From IMG/VR virus record IMGVR_UViG_3300035698_035310, positions 186,001-250,000 of that record: DNA of 64,000 nt; one strand, given 5' to 3'. The notes under the pieces are model-generated. The model was given only the letters and a program-made list of their open reading frames with translations, was not told the origin of the DNA and did not search any database. Both the position numbers and the translations under genes were made by a program. This document shows, in pieces, positions 55,815 to 64,000 of the stretch; positions within the stretch are counted from its first letter, which is position 1, and every line of letters begins with the position of its first letter.

Positions 55815-56315
55815 ATGAGACGTTCATTAAAATTAGTATTAGCCTCGATGTTGATCGTGGCGCTATCCGGTTGTGTTACACAAGGGAGTGGCGGCGGCGT
55901 TGGCACTAAAGGTTTGCTTGGCGGTCTTCTAGGGGCTGGCGTTGGCGGATATGCCGGTTCAAATATCGGCGGTGGTAAAGGCAAACTTGCTGCTACTGCA
56001 ATCGGCGTTCTTGCTGGTGCATGGCTTGGAAATAACGTTGGAAACACGCTTGACGACGTTGATCGGTTGAAATCGCAAAAGGTAACACAACGCGCACTTG
56101 AACGAAATCCGCAAGGTTCTCCAGCGGTTTGGTCGAACCCCACCAATCGAACCTCGGGAACCACGACACCGACTCGAACGTATAAGTCACGAAATAATGA
56201 AGATTGTCGAACATATAAACAATCAATAGTTATCAATGATAAAATTGAAACAAAACATGGAACTGCATGTAGAATAAATGGGCTTTGGGTAGAACAACAA
56301 CCGCCCGGCTCATAA
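55815..56315 (+). CDS. glycine-zipper lipoprotein resembling the Rickettsia 17-kDa surface antigen family
   Basis: Lipobox LSG-C20; GGLLGAGVGG...G.GKLAATAIG.L.GA..G..VG..LD..D...W.NP....SG...P.R.....C R.Y.....G.ACR. Confidence 0.85.
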   Translation: MRRSLKLVLASMLIVALSGCVTQGSGGGVGTKGLLGGLLGAGVGGYAGSNIGGGKGKLAATAIGVLAGAWLGNNVGNTLDDVDRLKSQKVTQRALERNPQGSPAVWSNPTNRTSGTTTPTRTYKSRNNEDCRTYKQSIVINDKIETKHGTACRINGLWVEQQPPGS

Positions 56316-56644
56316 TATTAAAGATAAAACCAATCTTTTTTTCTATCATCTTTTAAATATTTAATAGTTGACAAACTGAAATAATTTGGTATAGTTAAAT
56401 CATCAACAAACACAAACAACGAAAGAAGAGGCTTAAGACGATGGGTAAAACATTTTCGCGTGATCCAGATAGTGACAATTATGCAGGTGGACATATGAAG
56501 GCAAATCGCCAAGAAACAAAATTCCGCCGACAAAAATCGGTTCGGAAAGATGCATTGCTAGACGAAAGCATGCAACCTGATGAACCAACTTATGGCAAAC
56601 ACACGGATGATTTTAGCCCACGGAAAGACGGCTGGTAATCAATT

Positions 56645-56676
56645 AAAAAGGGAAGCAGAAATGCTTCCCTTTTTTT
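56645..56676 (+). terminator. intrinsic terminator
   Basis: AAAAAGGGAAGCA-GAAA-TGCTTCCCTTTTT. Confidence 0.9.
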
Positions 56677-57560
56677 ATGCTTGACACTGGTTTAGTTAAT
56701 TGCTATGTTAAATCGTCGTTGCCCAAGAAAGCGGGTTGATAAAGACTTGACTGACACTACGAAGTGTTCTATTGATTAATCATAACAACAAAAAGGAACC
56801 GAGTATGACTACAGCAGAAGTAATCCCTTTCGCCGTTCTTAAAGCCAAGATCGATGACCGTGACATTACACCAGAAGCAATTGAAGAAGCATCGTTTTCA
56901 CCCGAGGTTGAAGCTGATGTTTTGACAAATTTGCTGGTATCCGGTTTATACAAAGGCATGACGAATTCTGGCATTGACACCCTTTCGGATGTAAATCAAG
57001 AATTACTTGGTGTTATATATGAAATGGTTGGCGCGGTTGTTGATCGCAAATATAAATTGTTTAATGAATTCAATGCAATACGTGATATTCAAGCCGAAAA
57101 GGGCGATGTTCAACTTGAAACAAATGTTTTTCTAAAACCAAAACAGGAGACAACTGATGCCTAAAGCCGTAACGCAATATGAAACATTCGACGGAAAAGT
57201 ATTCTCCGACGAAAATGCCGCTGAACAATGGGAACGCAATACAAATAAAGCAAACGCAATCATATCGATGTTTCCGAACAACGGTCATCTTTCATCTGGC
57301 GATTTCTATCAGTTATCAAGAGATTTGATTAGCACCGCGAGAATTAAACTTGCCGATGCTTTAACTCGTGGCGGCTTCGATGACGAAATGATTAAAGCAT
57401 TTCGTGATAATACCAGCGATGTAATCGGACGCTATCTCGACGACGGCGGTTCAACATATTATAAAGCATGGTGGTTATTTTCTTGTATTGACAATCAAGG
57501 GCGGATGTTCAATCAACCGTTCTTTGCCAATAATCCAAGAGAAATAAGAGATGAAGTTTC

Positions 57561-58298
57561 CTATTGATTCTTCCAATCATTTTCCCATATCGTGACAAGA
57601 TTATAGCCGTGAGATTTAATAAGAGTCTCACGGTTCATAGTCTTTTGATATAACTCGCCGAATGATTTTTTATTATTGGTGTTGATATGTTCGGGATTGT
57701 GTGTATTAGGATTCCCATGCCAATAATCACCATAGAACTCATATATGGTATTTGTGTCAGGGTCATAACCGTCTGGATATATCCATTGATTATTTAATAT
57801 TAAAGTTCGTCGCCTATAATCATTTGTATCAGGTAATCCAATATGATCAAGCCACGATTTTTCCATATATGATTTATTCTGTATAGTTAATGGTCGCAAC
57901 ATAATGGCGCACTTATTACATCCATGATTTAAATGTGCTGATGGTTCTTGTTGAAATATTCCATGTTCAGGGCAAATGATATTCACCTTTGTATGCGTGT
58001 TATGATAATCAACTAATGAATAATTATATTTATCGCCATGTTTTATCAACGATTTTTGTATAAATTTTAATGTAGTTCCCCGTATTTTATCTGAATTATT
58101 TTTTATTGCACATTTAATACAGCCTTTTCCACTACTAGTGTGCGAACAAGGCGTCTGTTCAAATATTCCATGAGTTGTGCATATTATTTTAACTTTGGTA
58201 TGGGCGGCAATATATATAGACAATGAATAGTCATATCTATCACCATGAATGGCGATAGCATCTTGAATGAATTTTGAGGTAGTTTTTCTTCTTGACAT
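57561..58298 (-). CDS. free-standing endonuclease (DUF723-like repeats plus Vsr-like domain)
   Basis: Same N-terminus MSRRKTT as 45368; PDGYD...YEFYGDYWHGNP...IWENDW. Confidence 0.85.
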   Translation of the reverse strand: MSRRKTTSKFIQDAIAIHGDRYDYSLSIYIAAHTKVKIICTTHGIFEQTPCSHTSSGKGCIKCAIKNNSDKIRGTTLKFIQKSLIKHGDKYNYSLVDYHNTHTKVNIICPEHGIFQQEPSAHLNHGCNKCAIMLRPLTIQNKSYMEKSWLDHIGLPDTNDYRRRTLILNNQWIYPDGYDPDTNTIYEFYGDYWHGNPNTHNPEHINTNNKKSFGELYQKTMNRETLIKSHGYNLVTIWENDWKNQ

Positions 58299-58402
58299 GT
58301 GATATCCTTCCGGTTATAAATACATTGGCGGTAGGACTTACCTTCCGGTGTCCATGTGATACATACTTGAAATATGTATCACACCGCTCCTATCTATTTA
58401 TC
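58299..58402 (-). ncRNA. structured 5' leader of the endonuclease gene
   Basis: Perfect 10-bp hairpin GTGATACATA/TATGTATCAC (58356-82), ACC-GGAA-GGT hairpin, TATTTATA, GGAAGGA RBS. Confidence 0.65.
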
Positions 58403-58479
58403 TTTTTTATTATTAAAACCCTTGACAATGATGGATGTTTGCTTTATATCTAAATCAACTTTAATGAAAAGGAATTATT

Positions 58480-59325
58480 ATGAAACTCATAGCGATTAAT
58501 GCAGATATCACCACGTTGGAAGTTGATTGTATCGTAAATGCATCTAATCCAGCACTAATGCATGGCGGTGGGGTATGCGGTGCAATATTTGAAGCCAGTG
58601 GCGCAAATGAACTTGCGGGATTTATTGCGCAGAACTATGGGCTAGGATGCTTAACAGGGCAAGTAGTTGTGACTCCGGGGTTCAACCTACCGGCGAAGTT
58701 CATCTTGCACACTGTCGGGCCTGATATGCGCCTATATGCACAAGAAGCGGGTGATACATTGTTGCAGTTATGTTATATCAACTGTATTGAGGCGGCATTC
58801 GATGAAGGGTTGACTTCTATTGCCTTCCCTGCTATCAGTACTGGAATCTTTGGATTTGATAAAAAACGTGCTGCTACGATTGCAGTTACTACATTGATGG
58901 ACTACAGTGGTAGCGAAGATATCGAAATTACCTTTGCTTGCTTTGGCGATGAAGATACCGCAATAGTTCAAGCCGCGATTGATGATGAAGATGCATCACG
59001 GCATTATCTATCATGGTCAATGTATAATGAACAATACGATATTGATTCGGCGGCTGGAAAGTGTGACATTGAAGGCGATTGGGAAGTGTTATACGCTGAC
59101 TTATCTACGGATGTTCCTACTGGCATTTACATGGTATCAACAACCTATGATGGCAACCTCGGTGTAGCGAAAGGCGTTGTTATCAATGATGGTGTATTCG
59201 ATATCGACCAAACCCTACGCGCTTGTGCGGTTGCCCGTAACAATGCAGGATATTGGGGAACTTTTCTTGAAGGATTGGATTGGAATAGCGAAACCGAAGA
59301 ATTTACAGCACACTTCGGTTCTTAA
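58480..59325 (+). CDS. macrodomain (ADP-ribose binding/hydrolase) protein with C-terminal extension
   Basis: DITTLEVDCIVNASN..L..GGGV.GAIF...PAKFILHTVGP...SIAFPAISTGIFGF. Confidence 0.92.
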   Translation: MKLIAINADITTLEVDCIVNASNPALMHGGGVCGAIFEASGANELAGFIAQNYGLGCLTGQVVVTPGFNLPAKFILHTVGPDMRLYAQEAGDTLLQLCYINCIEAAFDEGLTSIAFPAISTGIFGFDKKRAATIAVTTLMDYSGSEDIEITFACFGDEDTAIVQAAIDDEDASRHYLSWSMYNEQYDIDSAAGKCDIEGDWEVLYADLSTDVPTGIYMVSTTYDGNLGVAKGVVINDGVFDIDQTLRACAVARNNAGYWGTFLEGLDWNSETEEFTAHFGS

Positions 59326-59953
59326 CACTTGACATCATCGATTAAGTGTTCTATGGTTCACTTAACAACGAAAGGATAATACAATGTCGGAAATTCGCCA
59401 CAAAGTAACATTCATGCATGAGGTAGATGGAAAAGACGAACCCTTGACCGTGATGTATGTTTATCGTATTCCACAACTCAACGAAATTGTAGTTATGTTG
59501 GATTCGAAAATTCGATATCGGGTTCTTGAGGTTCTTAATATTATTGATGATCGAAACATCGATTTTAAAAAAGATTATATAACGATGTGTGAAATCGAAT
59601 ATTTCATCAAAGTGTCTTGGAAATAATATACAAAGCCTTGACTCTATTATCTAATAGTGTTAAATAACATCATGGAACTAAACGACCTCCCATCGGTTGC
59701 AGCAATGCACCAACACAAGAACCCCGATCAGAAACGGAATGAACGTCGTATGCAGGAATTTATAACTGACGATATGATACACCCCGACGAGCCAGCACCA
59801 CAACATAGGTCGCCTTCGTTGTTGAATGACACCGCCTCGACAGTTGTGTTCGAGGCTGGCATTGATACACCGCAAATGAGCCGCGATTGTATCATTGCTA
59901 TATATGAAAAAATATTGGGTGGCAATCCAGAAACTGAACTTAAAAATCTTTTT

Positions 59954-60631
59954 GCTTGACATTGGTTCAGTTAGTTGCTATAAAGTAGGTAACTTAACCC
60001 GAAAGGAAACATGATGAGTGATCAAGTAGAAAGCCTGTTAAATGACGTCGTGAAAGATTTTCGCGAAAAAACTCTCGCCAAAGCAATTGGTGATCATGTC
60101 GGAAAAGTCACAGTTCAACATGCAATCACCCTTTTCAAACTGACGACAATTATTTCTGCATTCATGGCAATGTTTAAGTTTGCCGCGTTGGGTGGATTCG
60201 TAACGATGAGTTGGGGTTGGGTTGCATTTGTATTCTTGTTGCCACTTCCAATTGCGTTTTTTGATGCAATCGCTCTTTCATATGTTGCACATCGTATATA
60301 TGATAAGGACGAGTCATGAAAATTGATACCTCACGACTTGCAAATATTATGCGCATCGCGTATAACAATCATCACATGAACATGGGTAGCCGTTATTTCT
60401 GCAATCGCACCGATGAGATATTATATAACACAATGCGTCGGGCAAACTTAACTGGTTTAGATTTTTTGGATTGCAGCACGATGTCAAAGAACATATCAAC
60501 AGTTATGCATGGGTTGTTGCCGTGGAGCAATGATTTATATGAAGAACTTCGTGCATTGTTATTTGTAGAAACCGCTTGACTCTGGTTCAGTTAGTTGCTA
60601 TAAAGTAGGTAACTTAACCCGAAAGGAAACA
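59954..60631 (+). repeat. two copies of a 58-bp promoter/RBS cassette (59954-60011 and 60574-60631)
   Basis: gcttgac(at/tc)tggttcagttagttgctataaagtaggtaacttaacccgaaaggaaaca; 2 mismatches. Confidence 0.9.
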
Positions 60632-60633
60632 CA

Positions 60634-61473
60634 ATGTTCACTTATACCGCAAAAGAAATCAAAAGCCATATATACAATCATTATAAAATTGATGATGATA
60701 CTGGCAGGGTCGACGAAGTGTTCGGATGGACTAACTACGGCGTTGATGATTTTCGTGAAGCATTGTCGCACGGTATCGAAGTGGCGTTACATAATCACAT
60801 CGAAAAATCAAAGAAATTATCTACGCGTTTGCGTATTTTGGCTGGTAAGTGGTTGAAATCTAAAACCATTATCGACGCCATATTTAAATTGGAAGGCAAT
60901 GTTGTCGACCTGCATGATACCATCACATTGCTCATCGCGTTAAAGCATCGTATCAGAAACGCAACCGATCTATCCGACGCAGATCGCCCATCTTATACAT
61001 ATCGTGCCAAAGTGTCCGATTCGTTGCGCGACGAATGTAGCAAATATATTAAAATTACAACATTGCGCGACGATGAATTGTTTGTATTGGATTCTCCTCT
61101 TTTGGTATGGAGGAACAACGACGACAACAAGTTTTATTCGGTTGCCCACGACTTCGAAATCCGCGAACATCGCGTAGGTGTAGCGGGTTATGAACATGAT
61201 CTTGCCAAAGGGGCTGTATCGGTTTCATACTTGATGCATAACTTTAAAACTGATTACACACAATATGGTGTATCATATGATGCAGAAACCGGAAACTATT
61301 TGCATTGTTCAGTGAATTGTAATGGACCCGAACGCATCGAAAGTTATGAAATTTTCTATGCCAATATCGAAGACGCGATTATGGAATCTAAAAAAGGAAT
61401 TGCGGCATTGAAGAAGAAAAATCGTGCTGTAACAAAAGCCGCAACTGAACACCTTGATAGATTAGCCGCATGA
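60634..61473 (+). CDS. hypothetical protein
   Basis: 279-aa ORF after a duplicated promoter cassette with GAAAGGA RBS. Confidence 0.7.
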   Translation: MFTYTAKEIKSHIYNHYKIDDDTGRVDEVFGWTNYGVDDFREALSHGIEVALHNHIEKSKKLSTRLRILAGKWLKSKTIIDAIFKLEGNVVDLHDTITLLIALKHRIRNATDLSDADRPSYTYRAKVSDSLRDECSKYIKITTLRDDELFVLDSPLLVWRNNDDNKFYSVAHDFEIREHRVGVAGYEHDLAKGAVSVSYLMHNFKTDYTQYGVSYDAETGNYLHCSVNCNGPERIESYEIFYANIEDAIMESKKGIAALKKKNRAVTKAATEHLDRLAA

Positions 61474-62198
61474 TCGGATATTTTATCGCTATCGTTTTTG
61501 CCTTGACACTTGTGTTGTTTGGTTCTATAACTGTAACCAACGACGCCGAGACGTGTGTCAAGGCGGAACGCGAGATTTACATGACCTGCACTGAAAGGTA
61601 ATACAATGGATTTTACTGGAATATTTTACTTACTTGTCGTGATGTATAATTTGTTTATGCTTTGGAATATATCTGCTTACAGTTTTTCCGCGTTCGTGAT
61701 ATACAAAGTGCCGACATTTTTAATCGCGGGTGGTATGCTTTGGCTTGCGTTGACCCATTTCGGTTTTCTTATACAGGTGGGATAATGTATTTTCTTGGCG
61801 GCATAGTTGCGCTATTGCCTTGGTTGGGGGGTGTCTACCATGTAATCGTAGCACCCAAACCTGAAAAAAAGAAACGAGAGAAAAACGAACATCTTTCGAT
61901 GTGTTATCCAAACCCATCTACAACTATAATTCGTGCTTCAAGATATACATCGTTCATGATAGTTCGTGAACACGATGAAACATACACTGTTTATGAATGC
62001 AGGCACCTTACCAAACTTCGAGCAAACATGAATAGTAAATTGAGGTGCGGCAACAAATTAACCGCCGAAGGTGCTAGAGCACTTGTAACTGCATTAAGCA
62101 TTGAAAGCGAATGGGTCGATACACCAATAGTATTCGATTAGTGCTTGACAGTGGTTCAGTTAGTTGCTATAACAAGGCAACAGATAAAGGACAATCAA

Positions 62199-62807
62199 AT
62201 GAAAACGCTTCGTAAAAAACTTCTTGAACTTGAACAGATAAATGTTGATCTGCACAAACTCAAAGCACCCATCGATAAGAAACTTAAAAAGAATTGGGAA
62301 GCGATCAAAGTCGTCAGAAAATCTATTGATGAAGAAGACATTGCGACAATGCTCAAGTTAGGCGTTGATTGGAAATTTCTTTTGAAACCGGCTAATGATT
62401 TTGGCAGTACCGAGATGTATAATTATTTCGACACCCAAGTGCATGAATTGGGAATGCATTCCGGCGGACGCTGGAGAGACACGCGACAGCCAGTGGTGTC
62501 AATCATGCTAACACATGGCGACGAGAAAAGCCTTATGAATAACATCGCAGGAGTTAAACTTCTTTCACCGTTTTATGAACAGGTTGACGGTGCGGTTCCG
62601 TTTGCAATATTTGATCATGGTTTGTCAGAATATGCAGTATATTCAATGACTTATAACCCAACAACCAATGAAGTTATTCTAAAGACATTGCGTCATGGCA
62701 GAACCGAAGAGAATTTCCTTGGGGCGTTGCCGGATGCTATGAAGCACATACAAGATCATCATTGGTATGATGGGAAAGAAGAAGATCATGACGACGATGA
62801 TTATTAA
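62199..62807 (+). CDS. hypothetical protein (start re-assigned to MKTLRK)
   Basis: AAGGA RBS; promoter with GGTTCAGTTA box upstream. Confidence 0.7.
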   Translation: MKTLRKKLLELEQINVDLHKLKAPIDKKLKKNWEAIKVVRKSIDEEDIATMLKLGVDWKFLLKPANDFGSTEMYNYFDTQVHELGMHSGGRWRDTRQPVVSIMLTHGDEKSLMNNIAGVKLLSPFYEQVDGAVPFAIFDHGLSEYAVYSMTYNPTTNEVILKTLRHGRTEENFLGALPDAMKHIQDHHWYDGKEEDHDDDDY

Positions 62808-62863
62808 TTAGTGCTTGACAGCGATTTGGATAACTGCTATACAATGATCATCTTAAACAAAAG

Positions 62864-63079
62864 GTGGACAACATGACCGACAAACCAAAATTCTTATTCG
62901 AATATACAGTTGTGTATTCAAAAGGTGCAACGTCAGCACGGTCTGATCTTAAAGACCGAGTCGAAGAACTTCTTAATGATGGATGGGAGTTGGCTGGCGG
63001 TGTTGCTATGAATGAAACCGATAAATTGTTCAGTATATGTCAGGCATTAACCAAAAAGGTGGAACTTCACTATGATTAA
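62864..63079 (+). CDS. DUF1737/DUF4177-like small protein
   Basis: ...VEELLNDGWELAGGVA. Confidence 0.5.
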   Translation: MDNMTDKPKFLFEYTVVYSKGATSARSDLKDRVEELLNDGWELAGGVAMNETDKLFSICQALTKKVELHYD

Positions 63080-64000
63080 TACATTTGCAAAAGGCGACAG
63101 CGTTCGCGTGCATCATCAGTATACGCATTTCACCACCATTGGTGTTGATATGACTGTCACCGACGTTGTCATTGAAGACGTTGACGGCGAACTGGTAACG
63201 TTTTATGAAACCAATAAGCCATGTTCAGTTAATGGCCCATATTACAACGACTTTGAGTTGGTCAAACTGGACGATACATCGAAACCATTTATCTTTAAGA
63301 TGGCAATCGCATAGCTTCCATAGCAAAATAGCCATAGCACCTATAGGAAATAACCTATAGAAGCTATGGTTTTTTCACTCGACAATGGTATAGTTAATTG
63401 GTATAACTGTATCAACTTGAAAAGGAACCGTTATGAAATTCACATACAGAACACGCCACATTCCTTCTGGATCAATATCAGATACCGATGTTGAATGCTA
63501 TACCGAAGTTGATTTTTTACGGTACTTGAACAAATGGAATGTTGAAGGTAGGGGTTGGTATATATACACCGCTGTTAGCATAACGAATCATTTCCCAATG
63601 GCAGGCGCTGCACACGCCCTGAGTAATACAGTTATCGTCCGTAAACCATTGCGCGATATGGATGGAGTCAACGCGGACGGTGGATACTGGCAGTCAATTA
63701 CCGAAACAACCCATTAACATTAACAAAAGGGAACGATCATGACCGACAATAAACGAAAGACTGAACTCGATGCCGCTGACATAGCCAAGATCATCGGAAC
63801 TATTTGTGGTCTTATTGCAATCGCTTTTGCAATGTGGCATCTTGGCAGTTGGATTCATTGGGAATACTTAACCAAGCCGCATGTTCTCGATGCGATGTGT
63901 GAAGTTATCGACCCGGCGACGTTCAATGACCCGACAATTTGTCATCGGGAATAAGTGTGTCATAAATGACACAGGTGTGATATAATTATCACACATTGAA

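Noticed and set aside
35285-62147. In-frame readthrough fusions at TAG (35287 to 35297, 47207 to 47220, 62141 to 62199)
   Set aside because: About one third of TAG stops being in frame with the next gene is the chance expectation, and each downstream gene has its own RBS.
1-64000. Genome-wide TAG reassignment
   Set aside because: Conserved long genes are intact under the standard code, and several TAG stops are followed directly by promoters, terminators or new RBSs.

Overview
This window is part of a large AT-rich tailed (jumbo/T4-superfamily-like) phage genome. The host is most likely an alphaproteobacterium, inferred from an alpha-type SspB, a 17-kDa-antigen-like lipoprotein and GTTC-N7-GTTC LexA boxes. 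It is an accessory/early 'host-takeover' region: about 21 kb of mostly minus-strand small genes and about 41 kb of mostly plus-strand genes diverge from a helically phased array of 18+1 palindromic TCACAGTGTGA repeats (22.3-22.7 kb). Many genes have their own TTGACA-N16/17-TAnnnT promoter. Recognisable products are rIIA/rIIB, an SF1 helicase, a macrodomain, an OGFr-like protein, a PTP-like phosphatase, a SprT-like protease, a Pth2-like protein, a stand-alone DpnI-type winged helix, nine free-standing endonucleases and several expanded paralog families. No structural or replication core genes are seen. The best leads are non-coding: (1) a ~1.85 kb ORF-poor, promoter-driven cluster of apparently paralogous, highly structured large RNAs (43.56-45.42 kb); (2) seven promoters whose predicted +1 falls on the same AGGGAGGGAUGAG start, two of them facing each other next to a LexA-box array; (3) a conserved three-way-junction RNA leader on three dispersed endonuclease genes; (4) an amber-suppressor tRNA although TAG is still used as a stop. 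All family calls come from motif recognition by eye; no database search was run.
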